Assembly: GCA_951406725.2 (NCBI GenBank)
Contig: OX597825.1
Span: 65,224,001-65,288,000, forward strand
DNA length: 64,000 nucleotides
Direction of reading: 5' to 3'
From: Octopus vulgaris
Lineage: Eukaryota
The translations under genes and the position numbers were made by a program. Under the pieces are notes generated by a model. The model had not been told where the DNA came from. It saw only the letters and a program-made list of their open reading frames with translations, and searched no databases. Every line of letters starts with the position of its first letter. The stretch's first letter is position 1. Shown here in pieces: positions 1 through 15,854 of the stretch.

Positions 1-97
1 TTAATACAAATCTTTTATCAAATATTATATTTATTAGCAACAAATTTCAGTGATTTAACAATAAAAAGTAACTTAAATGATTAATGAATTCCATGCC

Positions 98-308
<211 letters not shown>

Positions 309-1676
309 TAGCTGATGCTCAACATATTCTCTGTTTAGTTTCACTGAGGTAATATAAATCTCGTTCTGATTTATCATTAATAAATAACTTTTAAATATCG
401 GTACGAACGGATTAGCACTAAGGACTGACGTATGACATCTTCATTTTGAAACTACTCTGTACTTAACAGACGAATACTTTCAATCTTGATTATTCATACA
501 ATAGAGTGAGGACTACGAGCCACTTAGTTCAATCTTAAAGTGGTACCCACATTACAAAGAGCAGTGTCTCGTTACAGAGGATAGTTTATTGTGTGACCAT
601 TGAGAGGAATCAATGACCCACGTACCTTTGAGACCTGGACAGAGAACACGTTAAATTCTATAACTTGTACAACAAAGGAATTCCATTACGAAATACATTG
701 GTTGAAGGGACGGTACAGTCTATTTCTCAGAATTACTCGAGCATATTTAAAGGGCTGTTGCAGCGACAGATGAAGGGTAGGAAAATGGGTTAACCAGATT
801 TAAGCACACTAAGGTCATATTTACCTCCATTCAGTACGGGGAGAAATATGATAAATTGATATTTTTCCTCTCTGTTCCGTGCGTTGGTACTGACTTAACT
901 CATAGGATTTAAGCTGTTTGTGTTTGCGCAGATGTATGTACACACACACGCGCACACACATTATATATATTGGCTATTTTAATACGATTGTAAGTTGTGT
1001 ATCGCTAATTCTTCGAAAGCAACATTAGAATATAATGGTTAATCATCGTTCAAAAATCTATTAATCATAAAACACCCTTCATAGGCTAGCAACTCATATC
1101 TCTCGTAGATGACAGAACACCAATGTCTAATAATATAACGAATATTTATGTATTACTAAGTCCCAGAAACAGGCATGCCTTTCATTCATGGAAATATTTT
1201 TATGAAAATATTTACCAAACATGCAAAATAAAAAAAAGAAATAAAACAATGAGTAAATATTTCTAATCGATAAGTTATCTTCTATTCTTAAACTTGTTCT
1301 CTAATTTCCAGCATTGTTAATATCAATCCAAGTGCAAATATACCAGGGAAAATTTAGTGCTGAAGTGCTTAAGTTGTACTCTTGTAAGTTGTTGGGAATT
1401 GGTTGGTATTCTCATTAGAAAATCAAGCACAATGTCTTACAGCATTTGTTGTGACTCTTAAAATTCTGAGTTCAAATCTTGTTGAGGTCAAGTGTAGTTT
1501 TTTTCCTTCTGAGGGCAGTATACTATAGAAGCAGTTGAAGACTGGGTTCAATAAAGTGACTATTAGCGGAGTTACCTTGCGCCATATTTGAGACCCTGTG
1601 CTTTTTCAAAAAGGACATTAGTTCAGTAAGATGGTGTTTCCGTTGTGAATGTTGCCGTTGCTATTGCTGCTGCTGC

Positions 1677-2053
1677 TTGTTTGTTTGTTTGTTTGTTTGT
1701 TGAGCGAAGCGGTCTTCGTGGGTAATGTCCGAAACGTGGTCCTTTGCTATTCGTAAGACCCGCAGAAGAGAAAGCAGGTCAACCCCCGACACCGAGAGCA
1801 TCGACGGATGGATGAATGCGCATCCAGGTTCATCGGTTGCGTAGGAAGTCGGGGACAAGAAACAGGAAAAAAGAGTGAGAGAAATTTGGAGCGAAAGAGT
1901 ACAACAGGGGTCGCCACCACCCCCTGCCGGAGCTTCGTGGAGCTTTAGGTGTTTTCGCTCAATAAACACAAACAACGCCCGGTCTGGAAATCGAAACCGC
2001 CATCCTTCGATCGCGAATACGCTGCCCTAACCACTGGGCCATTGCGCATCCAC
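1677..2053 (-). mobile_element. tRNA-headed SINE, family A, tail type 1 ending in (CAAA)n
   Basis: Minus strand begins GTGGATGCGCAATGGCCCAGTGGTTAGGGCAGCG...GGTTTCGATTTCCAGACC (A-box/B-box-like). The first ~200 bp match 25288-25480; the 3' half differs. Inserted in a (CTG)n tract. Confidence 0.9.
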
Positions 2054-2498
2054 TGCTGCTGCTGTTATTGCCGCTGCGTTAGGGGAGCTATTATTTAGTA
2101 AACCACTGATCAAAGTTGTTCATGTTGTAAGAGATCTCGAATTGCCTTATCTATGGTGACAATGAGTGCCCTACAAATACAGAACACAAATAGAAAAAAT
2201 CATAAAACATCCGTCTGTCGTTTTAGTGGGACGGATCACAAGGAAGGGACTCCTTGGTTACAATTCTTTCCTATATGTTTATTCCTGAATAACATTATTG
2301 AAACATACTCGTAGAACATTTTCGTTTATATCTTGAAGTAATCATCCCACTGTCTAGGAAAAAATGTATTGTGGTTAAGATTTGCAGACACAACGTTGAA
2401 TATGTGCAGGATGGGTAAATTTTATTGGTTGCAGCAGGGAAAATATGCAATGAATTTGCACATCATTATTCCAAATGTACGAATTACAGAAATAATAT

Positions 2499-3056
2499 TT
2501 TTTCTACTCTAAGCACAAGGCCTGAAATTTTTGGGGAGGTGGGGCCATTCGATTATATCGATCCTAGTACGCAACTGAAACTTAGTTTATCGATCCCGAA
2601 AGGATGAAAGGCAGAATCGACCTCGGCGGAATTTGAACTCAGAGCATAAAGACAGACGAAATACCTATTTCTTTACTACACACAAGGGGCTAAACACAGA
2701 GGAGACAAACAAGGACAGACAGACGGATTAAGTCGATTACATCGACCATAGTGCGTAACTGGTACTTAATTCATCGACAGACGAAATACCGTTAAGCATT
2801 TCGCCTGGCGTGCTAACGTTTCTTATTTCTTTATTGCCAACAAGGGGCTAAACATAGAGGGGACAAACAAGGACAGACAAAGGGATTAAGTTGATTACAT
2901 CGTTCCCAGTGCGTAACTGGTACTTAATTTATCGGATTAGGAAGGACGAAAGGCAAAGTCGACCTCGGTGGAATTTGAACTCAGAACGTAGCGACAGACG
3001 AAATGCCGCTAAGAATTTCGACCGGCGTCCTAAAGTTTCTGCCTGCTCACCGCCTT
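2499..3056 (-). mobile_element. SINE family B (Meta-like core), trimer
   Basis: Three head-to-tail units sharing the core GCCTTTCATCCTTTCGGGGTCGATAAATTAAGTACCAG (partly deleted in the middle unit). Flanked by TTACAG(A/G)AATAATAT at 2484-2498 and 3059-3073 (TSD). Confidence 0.9.
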
Positions 3057-3336
3057 AGTTACAGGAATAATATGTACACACAAATAAGTACAAATGCGCT
3101 CACATACACACGCGTATATGTATGTATGTGTTTATGTATATAAGTATGTATAAACCAAGTTACTTATTTTATGACATTAGAAAGCATTAAAGGAAACTAA
3201 CGTAAGCTCATGTTCCTATATTCTATTTAATCACGTACATACGTATATACATACATTCGGATTCACACCACTATGTATATATATATGTGTGTGTATGTGC
3301 GTAAGTGTGTATGTGTATGTTTATAGATAGATAGGT

Positions 3337-3482
<146 letters not shown>

Positions 3483-4157
3483 GTACATATATGTGTATGT
3501 GTGTGTAAGAGAGTATATATAATGTATGGTATATACATGTGTCTCTATATGTACGTCTCGTGTGGGAATACCGAAATTTCCTTACCCTTTATTTATCTTT
3601 ATTTTTTTCAATTTATGCTAAATGAAGAAATAATTCGATGAAGTATATCGATAGATCTGGACATTTTCCAATTTGAAATACAATTAGCTAAAGACAACAA
3701 GTAACAGTGTGTTGAATAGACATTTCCTTAATATGGATTGACAGTTTCTTGGAGGAAAAAAAAATAGACAGACTTTAAAAACTGAAAATGGGAAGAAACC
3801 AATACAGAATGAAACAAATGAGTCAATGAAAGAAAAATCACAACAATCAAGGGCGTTATTTTTCCCCAACACACTTCCACAACTGCCGACACTTGTAAGC
3901 AGTAATTCACTTCAGTTTCAAGTCGCCTTGCAGAATCATGGTTATTTATTTTATGCTGGGTTATTTCAAGAAATTGCTTTCTATCGGATGTCCAAGCGAT
4001 GAAATACGCTCACTTCAAAAATAGTTTGTTAAGTTTTATAGGAAATTTGCGATGTAAAATGGAATTACCGAAACATTCCAGCCGAACCTTATCATTTCGA
4101 TTATTTTAGCATTACAGATAAAAATTGCCAATTCAATTCATTGTCAATACACAGACA

Positions 4158-4234
<77 letters not shown>

Positions 4235-4338
4235 CTATATATATATACACAGAAAAATATGAGAGTGTGTACATACTTGTGCAGATAGATGCATACATAT
4301 ACACTCACACAAATGTATATATATACACATATACATAT

Positions 4339-4381
<43 letters not shown>

Positions 4382-4824
4382 TATACATATATATATATAT
4401 ATAAGTATACATATATATATATATAAGTATACATATATTATATGTACATATATATACGTACCTTTATAAGCCTGCACTCAGAAACAGGCGTACAGACGCA
4501 CACAGGGAGACAATATAGGTACACAAACATACATACACATACAGGAATATATTAGATTTAGTTTCTATTGTTACCAATTCCTAGCTATGTATTAAGCAAT
4601 TTCTACTTTTCTTTTATCACATTATGTATTGCTGTTCTCATTTGATAAAATGTATTTAATGTGATATGATTCTTGAGTCAAAGCGAGCCACGTAAACAAT
4701 TATCAATAATATAATCACAATTTGGAAAGAAAGGAAACTAATTTCACGTTCAATAATGTTGTGAGACCCTATAGAATTTTTAGCATATATATGTGAGCAT
4801 AGATACACACACATGCACACATAT

Positions 4825-4889
<65 letters not shown>

Positions 4890-7415
4890 CATAAACATGT
4901 GTGTGTGCGCGTGCATTCATTGTAGAAACGAACAAGGAGAGTAATTGTGTAAATTTAAACGATTTTGTTTTGCGAGTTCCTTGGAGCCACAAACAATTCT
5001 TTCCAAATTCAGAACTTCAGACGTTCTTTCACCTTCTTTCCTGCCTGACTCCTTCCAATTACTTGTCATCTGTTTACAGTATTCCATACAGATCTAGTAA
5101 AAATTTGCCCGAATTTCTTCCTGTTTACTACCAAAAACAACACATATTTTCTTTATATATGTGAGTTTCTCTTATAGAAATCGTGTCTAAGAAAAAGTAA
5201 TAAAAAATGAAGTCCAGGTTAAAAAATCTGCGATATGATGTTAGCTTCCTTTAAAAATTAATAATTTATTAATAATTGTATATCTGTACGTCTTAATCAA
5301 TTCCGTGTACGAAAAGATTTATGGTGTCCTACTTCTAAAAAGTAATTTTCTGATTAAAAATTCTTAGAGGGAAGGCAAACGTATTCCTGGCAATCAATAC
5401 TTTGCGATATGGACTTGGCTGACATCAGATTAAATATAGCCAAAACCAAGCCTCCTCTCATGAGGTTATAAATGATCTATTGATATTCTGTACTTATTTA
5501 CAGTTGGTGTAAGTTTGACAAGAAATATGGTGCAATAATTTATTAATGCACCATACGTCAAAATCAATTATATATATGAAAGAAAGTTTAGTCCAGCAGC
5601 ACAGTTTTGTTGATGTTAAAACTCCAGGTTAAGAAGAAAGAGCGAAGAAACTGAGAAATTATATACACTTGGCAATCGAGAAGTTGTGATTCAGTCTTAG
5701 ATACTTCAGTGTTGATATATATATACACATATATATATATATATATATGAGTGTGTATGTGTGTGGCGTGTGTATATTCAAGTTTATTTAACATTGGGTT
5801 GAAAACAAACTATAGATACATATGAAACAAACTGCTGATATTAATCATACAGATTAAGTTCTATACAACATACGTGACAGTAATTATACAAGCCTGTACT
5901 TCAGTTACACATGCATAAATTCTATTGCCTATTAATCAAAAATTTTGAACGGCGAGTAATTTTAAGCCATTATACATCTGTGGTCCATATGAACTTTATT
6001 TGGGGAAATTTGTATAAAGAACTCGTATGAAAGAAAACCATGCATTAGATTTGCTTTAGATTCTCTTTAATTGCGAAGTCCACTTGATACTAGTATTCAG
6101 TTACAGTAGTAAACTTTTACAGATGTCGCTGCAAACAATATAGCAGAGGAGAAACATTTTGCCAACTTAAGTTTGTGAGGCCTTTTTGTGTGTGATTGAA
6201 ACATTTTCAACTCATTCAATATGCTAATCGTTCTTCTGGTGGTGGTGGTGCTGGTGGTAGTGGTAGTGGTGATGGTTGTGGCGGTTGTGGTTGTTGTTGT
6301 TGTTGTTGTTCTTGTTCTTGTTCTTGTTAAGGACAACAGATTTTGCAAACATGATAAAAGGCGTTTCAGGCGTATACACAACAATTTAAAGTGTGAATGT
6401 AAGGTTTCAAGTTGAAACATAGGTGATAATATTGAGACTCATACCAAAGATATACGCTGCGTAATTCAAGAAAGTGTTATATCGCAATACTACACAGTGG
6501 CTGTGTGAGCTACGAAATAGCTATGAAATCCTCGTCTCCACTGTTGTGTTGCACGTTCGGATGCCTTATTCTCAACTCGACTCTTCTCTCTGCTACTCTA
6601 TTCTAGTCTGAACTCTGATGTCTAGGCTTCTCCTACTATATCTACGTATTAGGCTAGCCTACTTCATCGTCTGGGGGTGTCCACACAACAGAAAGTCATT
6701 ACAAAAGAATTGAAGTGTCATGTGGAACAAAAATCAAAATTTGAGTTAGTACTTAAAAAGCATTCCTAAAGAAAACTATTTGTGATTCAGTATTTTTCTA
6801 AATCAGATTAAGAAATAGAGAACGCTTTAGTATGAGTAAAGGTTGAATGATAAAGAATCCAGAAAGTTTCCAGTGCGGAAATATTTACTATCTCTAAAGA
6901 GGAGACCTTCATTCTTATGTGTACAAGAGTCTATTGTTTGTGTTAGCTCTTTTTGGAGCAAATACAAAATATGATTGTATTTCCTTGCATTATATGTGTG
7001 TGTGTATTTTTGTGTGTGGTTGTATGTGTGTATGTGTTTATTCTTGCTTATTAATGTATATATGTATATATATATCATATACGTGCACACACACATATAT
7101 ATATATATATACATATATATACACATATATAAATGCACAAACACGTATATATATATAGTAAATATAATAGTGTATAATACATATTTCTATATAGACGTTG
7201 AAGTATGCCGAGCGAGTGGGTCGGGAATCTTTCATCTGTATATGTTGCAAGCTATTTGGCGCGTATATCTTCAGGCGTAAACTCGCCTGAAGATTGCAAC
7301 AGCATAAAATTCTATAATATTGAGTAGAATAAAACTAGGAATTGAGATCTTTTTCTCTTCTTTGTAGAACAAAACAGACACTCACACAGATATATAAATA
7401 CGTAAATAAATATAA

Positions 7416-7456
<41 letters not shown>

Positions 7457-7462
7457 ACATAC

Positions 7463-7532
<70 letters not shown>

Positions 7533-9281
7533 GCGTATATACACATATATACTAAATAATTCCTTATATATTGCCACAAATATATCAGTGTGTTCGAGTA
7601 GCGGCAGAATTTAGGAACTGAAAATATATTTTATATGTAAATCTGCAGTAGTTGACATGTCAAGCAAACACATACATACACACACTCAGACACAAACATA
7701 CGCATTATTTATTCATTTCTGTATTTATTTTATACTTACATTTAGTCATATAAGCGTGAGAATTTTTTTCGTGTATATGTATGTGAACGCATGTATATAA
7801 ACATTCATTGCTCTTTTACATATACGTATGATATAATCTAGCGTATTTTCATCCCATACTTATGTCAGTTGTGTGTTAGTTGAACATCAATGATCAGATA
7901 ATATAAATTGTTCCCAAAATGGCTTCCACACTCTTTATTGTAGCAAGAGTAAAACAAACACTAAATGCAGCCATTGAAAAAGATTTATCTGCATTTAATA
8001 GGATTCTATGCGGATTGTTTCGTATTTTATTTTATTTTATTGCACACGGCATGTATGGATAGAACGATCCTTCGTCTGGTTTTATGCTTCCGCAAACAAA
8101 ATATAGAGAAATGTTAAGAGTTAAGTAAAAAGATTTACCTTTATGATAAGACGAGATAATCTCTTTTCATGTGGAAGTTTTATTTATTTTCTATTTTCGA
8201 TATTGTTAATTTTTTCTTCTTTTCTTCTTAAGAATTTTAACCCCATCGATTGCTTCGAGGCATACAAAATGCATGGTTAAAATGACCTTTTCAAATATTC
8301 AGTGTTTCGTAATTCAAATCACATGAATAGTTTGCTATAGAATAAAGAAAAGATGGCGATAAAATCTTTAGGTGAATGAGTATATAAAAACATTTGAGTA
8401 AAAAGGTCGAAGCTAAAATTCTAATAGGAGAAAATCGTAGGAAAACTCCAGGCAAAATAATAACATCATTTTTAGATAAACTATGAGAAATATATTTGAA
8501 AATATAATGAAAAATGTCCAACATTACGGGAAAGATGTAAGTTTTAAATCAAACCTTTTATTTAATTCTCTAAATACATTTTTATTACTGTTTCTCTTTC
8601 GAGGTTCGGTGAAACAAATATTAGATATAACACATATTATTTTCTACTACAAATGTTTCAAACGCTTTTGGAGTTCAAAAACGCCATGTTCGACCTCACT
8701 TGTAACCTAAATGGGATTGTTAAAATATGCACTGATTCAACGCAGCCAGTTTTACATCTCCCGCTGCGTAAATTTGCCTTGTTAAAAGAAATCTATGTTA
8801 TTTTCTTTTCATGAGCAACATTACCGGAAATCTTCGTCGTTGGACATAATAACTTATAATATGTACTTACTGTATATTGTGTTCTCTCGTTGGAATCTTG
8901 TTGGCGCCAAGCTTTATATCGTTTTTATTTTCGCTTCATTTTTCTGTACTTCATCATTTCAGATAAGGTAATTCAGTATACAAATGCATTTCTTTTCTAT
9001 ATATAACGTAGATAAGATTCGGCTATTATTGGCTCAGGCCATATTTAAATTAAGAAAACCACCAGAAGCTTTTCATCCAATCATGTCATGGGACACATAG
9101 GGCAATCAAGTGATAAATCATTGCTGACTAAAATGTATTGAGATATTGGCGGTTTGTTCCGTAGTTTTTCATGGAATTTCTTCGGGTGCCACCAGATATT
9201 TCATTTCCGATCTGTATATGAAATCGGGGAGTTCATTAATTCAAACACATATTAAAGTCATCATATCCATGTATGTATGAT

Positions 9282-9364
<83 letters not shown>

Positions 9365-9483
9365 GTGCATAATTATTGCGACTTTTTTCAACAAATTTTA
9401 TTTTAAAAAAACAATAACATCTATAAATGATTTTTCCGGAGCATATTCACCATCTACTTCAATTACTGCTTCATATTTGCTTT

Positions 9484-9807
9484 AATGGAAGACCGTACAT
9501 CACCCAAAAGTATCTGCGAGGTCTCGAAAGGCTAGGAGAACCGAAACATGCATAATTGCCAATTTCCATGGCTATGTTCTCCTAGATACACGACCTCCTA
9601 CCTCACCAGACTTCAACCGCCTGGACTAACACCTATAGCACATAGCCTGGCGAGAGATCAAACTGTACCTAAATCACACACTATAATCTCTTCAATTCGC
9701 CACAACAACAATATGACCAAAATTAATGATGATCATCTGATTTGGGCATATCCACACTTCCAACACCAAATGAAGCAGCCACTGAGTCTAAAGGCAAGCT
9801 GATAGAA
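9484..9807 (+). pseudogene. Degenerate Tc1/mariner (maT/DD37D-like) transposase C-terminal fragment
   Basis: Hand translation across frameshifts and stops gives NGRPYITQ...ANFHGYVLLDTRPPTSPDFNRLD*HL*HI...HLIWAYPHFQHQ.EAATESKGKLIE. This matches the WPPxSPDLNPLDY motif and the ..R.EA.I...GG..E C-terminus. Confidence 0.75.
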
Positions 9808-10003
9808 TCGGTGTGATAAAAGGATTCTCAAGATTATTTGTATTAATTTGTTTTCAAATATAGCTTTTCTATGATGAGCGATGCGTCTGGTTCTTAATTC
9901 ATACCAATGACCTCAATAAACTTAACGCAGCCTGTATGGGTGTGTTTGCCTATGTTTAAGTTAGTGTGTGCTCGTATGTATTCTGGTCGTGTATGTATAT
10001 ATG

Positions 10004-10062
<59 letters not shown>

Positions 10063-10099
10063 CTATGTCTCTATATATCTGTGTATATATGTACGTATG

Positions 10100-10149
<50 letters not shown>

Positions 10150-10316
10150 TGTATGCATACATGCGTATATATGTATACATGTATGTATGTATCTACGTAT
10201 ATATGGACAAATGTATGTATGTATGTATAGGTGTACGTATGTCGCAATAAAACCAAATATTTTCGCTATTCAAATATTTAGTTCTCATTCATTCGCTGCC
10301 CATTGCTCTACTCTAC

Positions 10317-10323
10317 AGTAGTG

Positions 10324-10358
<35 letters not shown>

Positions 10359-10440
10359 GGTGGTGGTAGTAGTAGTTGTAGTAGTAGTAGTAGTAGTGGT
10401 GGTGGTGGTGGTGGTGGTGGTGGTGGTGGTGGTGGTGGTG

Positions 10441-10481
<41 letters not shown>
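10317..10481. repeat. (GTA)n/(GTG)n trinucleotide microsatellite
   Basis: Direct reading; source of the poly-V/poly-T ORFs. Confidence 0.97.
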
Positions 10482-10482
<1 letters not shown>

Positions 10483-10819
10483 AAAAAAACAATAGGGTCG
10501 TTATCAGCAGCCAATAAACGTCGAAATGAAAACACCAATAGCAATAACTGTTAAAAGAAGAAAAAAGATGTAACTAAGTGGCTCCAAAACATCAGCCTTG
10601 CATTTCCTCTTTTTCGCTGTATCTTATTTTTGTCATATATTTAATCGGGGTCAATGGATTTTCAATAAATCTCAATATTTTCTTCCATTTTGCGTCTCAG
10701 ATGATTGCAAGAAATTGTCAGAATATATTAAATGTATAGAAAATGAACGGTGCATTTGTGTTTTTGTATAAATAAACACATATAAATTAACATATAAATT
10801 CATATATTTACATACAAAC

Positions 10820-10861
<42 letters not shown>

Positions 10862-10953
10862 CGTATACGTAGAATTCGTGCATATAAGTGCGTATATGGA
10901 TGTATCAATGTATAATATACGCATACACATATATACAAACATAGATAAATTGT

Positions 10954-11172
<219 letters not shown>

Positions 11173-11697
11173 ACACTAAATTATACATACGTATATTTCA
11201 TATGAGCAATTTATGTAGCAAGAAAAGCACCTGGAAAAAATTGAGTATTGGACCAACAGAAGCAAATAATGCCTGTGTAGATTGTGTATGTACATATATA
11301 TATATATTCACAAAAGTATATTAATAATAATAAAATTAATAATGTGTGCCTACCCGTCCGTGCGGGGGGAGGGGACGTGTAATTTGGGTGTGCGTGAAAA
11401 TTGGGAAAAATTCGAAATCCTGTGTAACGTTGGATTATATTAAAGGTAGAAATGTGTGAGGAATATTCAGCCACATATAGATTAATACAAAAAAGTAGAA
11501 AGCTCACTTAGACGAAATATTGGAATGCCGGTCGTAAAGAGAAAATACACAAACACACACTCACACACACATATATATATACATACATATGTGTGTATGT
11601 GTGTATGTATATATCTAGGTAGGTATGTAGGAACGTAGCCATAGATGTTTCAGATATTTACACAATTAATAACCAAGAAATAGAACGTATGTTCTTC

Positions 11698-11930
11698 CCG
11701 TTTCCTCGTAGACTCATAGAGCCGTTCCCTAGATTCGCTGACGCTTATACTCCCCTACCTTGCAGAGGGCACCGGTGCATTTCCATAAATACGCATTCTT
11801 GCAGCTGAGTGAAATGAAATATATTTCTCCAGAACACAACACACCTCCCGGTCCAAGGAGCGAAACCACAATCTTACGATCGCGAATCGAGCAATCCTAA
11901 ACACAAAGCATGTAGCCAGGTGCCGCCACA
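11698..11930 (-). mobile_element. Old degenerate tRNA-headed SINE related to families A/D
   Basis: Minus strand TTCGCGATCGTAAGATTGTGGTTTCGCTCCTTGGACCGGG..GTGTTGTGTTC resembles the heads at 15604 and 25288. Its 3' GGGAACGGCTCTATG resembles 63248-63264. Confidence 0.6.
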
Positions 11931-12011
11931 CATACAATATTAGACATTATCATTAAAAACTCCGTGCATATAATTATGTAGGCACAGATAAAATCATGTA
12001 TGTACGCATGC

Positions 12012-12047
<36 letters not shown>

Positions 12048-12062
12048 GCACACATGCACTCA

Positions 12063-12134
<72 letters not shown>

Positions 12135-12491
12135 ATGTCTGCGTATATCTTCGTCAATGTATGAATCTTCATATGCGTGCGTATGTGTGTATACATGTGG
12201 AGGAAGGGGCAATATGTGTGTACAAGTCAGATATAGTCTTTTAAAGTATAAATATAACTTCTATATAATTCAGACTAATATTTGAGGAAAGAGGATGGAG
12301 GAGTATGTGAAAAGCAACTTGTGACTTCTATTGTCTCATTTTCTGATTCGGAATCCAATTGACTTAGTTTCCTGTCTGCTTGTTCGGAGAAAATATTTAG
12401 ACCTATATTTGATGAATGATAGCATCCCACTTCAATACCGAGCGCGCACTAAACAGGATTATTAATAAATACTGCCAAAATAAAAAGAGAA

Positions 12492-13236
<745 letters not shown>

Positions 13237-13339
13237 CGAGGAAAATGTCATTATTAAGTAAAGGAGAAAGAAAGAAAAAGATGAAACAATTACGAAAAAA
13301 TCTCTGAAGAGCATTAACAAATGTAAATGTATGCATATT

Positions 13340-13415
<76 letters not shown>

Positions 13416-13731
13416 CATATTTATGTAGGTATAAATGTATATATTGGGTGGGGTATTATGCTATTTCATGCAAGACAGAACTGAATGTTGTTCATTTTCA
13501 CTATTACCATCGCTGTCGTTTTCATAAATTTCGTTTTTCAATTATGCCCCTTCTTCATCTCAAGCTCTGTTTCTCTTTCTTTATAGCCTTCTTCCTTTCT
13601 ATTTTTCTTTATCGTTCTATCCCTTCCTCTGTTTTCTCCTTCCCCCACCCCCTCTCTCTCTCTCTGCCTTTCGCTCTTCGATCAGTTTTTATATCCTTTG
13701 ATAACTTTTATCACTTTACCTGTCTCAAATG

Positions 13732-13775
<44 letters not shown>

Positions 13776-13819
13776 TGTGTGTGTGTGTGCGTGTATGTAT
13801 GTATGCATGTATGTACATG

Positions 13820-13852
<33 letters not shown>

Positions 13853-14706
13853 TAATATATTTATATATATAGTTAGATAGATTCATAGATAGAGAGATAA
13901 ATAGTTAGGTAGAGATATGTATGTATATGTATGTGTGAATGTGTGTATGTATATAGGTATGTATACATATATGTTTGAATGTATATATATATATATAAAT
14001 ATACGTGCGTTTGTGTGTATATATATGTATGTATATATATGTATATAGATATATGCATATGTATATATATATGTATATAGTTATATATGCATACGTATAT
14101 ATATGTATACATAATATATATATTCATGTATATACATCTATATATATATACATATATTTGTCTGGGTATGTTCACATGTGTGTGTATGTGTACACATAGT
14201 AGTGAATGTGCATTTTCTCCGGTGATTTTTAACTATCAATATGTCTGTTCTGTAGGAATTTTATTTACATTTTTGCATCGATATTATCATTTTATAAAGG
14301 AATCTCCACAAATAGCAAAAAATGTAATGGGTTAAGAGATAAACAAATTTGCTTTGGCACGCAGGTTAATATATATGAGTGTTTGTATATGTGCGAGTTT
14401 GTATGTACGGGTATGAATGTGGCCATCATTCCGTATGCGTATTTATATAGTGTGTACACATGGACAAAGAAATATATACACGTATTCTGTCAAAAAAGCA
14501 ACTGATCAAATGGAATTATATATATGTAAGTATAAATATAGTTCGGACATGAGACCATGTTTCTGATTATCTTTTTTTTTTGCGCAACAAACCGCCCAAC
14601 TATCTGCGTCATCATCAAAAGCAGACAAACGGAAAATCAAATTTATTCATAGTACGTAAATTGCCGATAGTCTAGTCATGTGATATTAAAATTTGTTAAG
14701 ATTCCT

Positions 14707-15080
14707 TTAACGTTTGACGCATGCATGTACAGTGTAATTAAAATCACCAGAACATCATCCATAGCTAAATAAAACCTTCATAAGCACACACAAACTTACA
14801 TTACCCTCATTTTATCTAACAGCAAATTCCTTTAAAGACAGACTTACTCAACACATTAGCTCATTCAGGAAACCAAATAGGAACAAAAAACCACAACTAG
14901 CTTATCGTCACATATTTAGCTCCTGCAGAAGTTTAATATGACCTATAACATTGAATAGATTGTCATACAATCAACTAAGCTATAACTATGAGAATATCTT
15001 CTCTAAACTTAATCTACATGGCAAACATACCGGACTTCACTTTTCCTTGCGAAAAAGTATGCTCAGGTACCTGAAAAATA
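14707..15080 (+). pseudogene. Possible highly decayed Penelope-like reverse transcriptase fragment
   Basis: Ordered motif remnants LTFDACMYSVI (14707-14739), LTANSFK, SGNQIGTK (14865-14888) and FSKLN..HF resemble the PLE RT motifs LVxFDVxSLYTNI, LxxNxF and GxxMGx. Many stops and frameshifts; no recognisable YxDD. Confidence 0.3.
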
Positions 15081-15261
15081 TTAAACGCATCATATTCTAT
15101 GAAAAATAACCCTTTCCCAGCATCTATAGCCCCTCACAATTTACAATCAGGTATCACCATACTATCACAAATGGCCTAGTAGCCCCCTTTAATTATATCT
15201 CAACACACTTATAAATGCGTGTGTTCATATTTTTTATACATGCTTATATATATATATATAT

Positions 15262-15604
15262 GAGGAGGATACCCCCTTCGGTCATGAATGACCATGGAAT
15301 TGCACTTAGTAAATTACCCTCAGAGGCACAAGTCCGGGCAAGGTTGTTTGTGGAAAGCCGGCAGTCGCCCATGCATACCGGCCTCCCCTCTCCATACCAC
15401 TGATATTATCCCCCCAAAAAAGGCAAAGGCCGATACAGCTTGGCATCAGTGATGTCACAACTCATTTCTATAGCTGAGGTAACTTGAACAACGTGAAATA
15501 AAGTGTCTTGCTCAAGAGCACAACACGCAGCCCGGTCCGGGAATCGAACTCACAAGATTCGATCGTAAGCTCGACGCTCTAACCACTGAGCCAAGCGCCT
15601 TCAC
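15262..15604 (-). mobile_element. tRNA-headed SINE, family D (CORE-like centre)
   Basis: Minus strand GTGAAGGCGCTTGGCTCAGTGGTTAGAGCG...GAGTTCGATTCCCGGACC (A and B boxes), then GTGCTCTTGAGCAAGACACTTTATTTCAC. Lies between (TA)n and (CA)n. Confidence 0.85.
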
Positions 15605-15662
15605 ACACACACACACTCACACACACATACACACACACGCACACACATATGATTGTTATTAA

Positions 15663-15854
15663 AATTATAATTAAGGGTATCTAAGAAAAACCACCACTCT
15701 AGAAATAGCAGATTCCAGTAATTTTGTTTTCTAGTATATTTCGTCTCTTGTCTTCTCTCCTGGTGCTGTATAAACATTTAATGTAGTTTTAGAGTCATGT
15801 TTTGGCTGCTATTTCCAGCGTGGTGGTATCTCTTAGATGCCCTAAATTATAATT
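15663..15854. mobile_element. MITE-like element with ~49-bp terminal inverted repeats
   Basis: 15663-15711 AATTATAATTAAGGGTATCTAAGAAAAACCACCACTCTAGAAATAGCAG matches the reverse complement of 15806-15854 with about 6 mismatches. Alternative ends TAA|GGG...CCC|TAA at 15675-15842. Confidence 0.7.

Noticed and set aside
510-660. Possible LINE C-terminal zinc-knuckle remnant (LLCDH*EESMTHV)
   Set aside because: Only part of the CCHC pattern and no supporting RT sequence.
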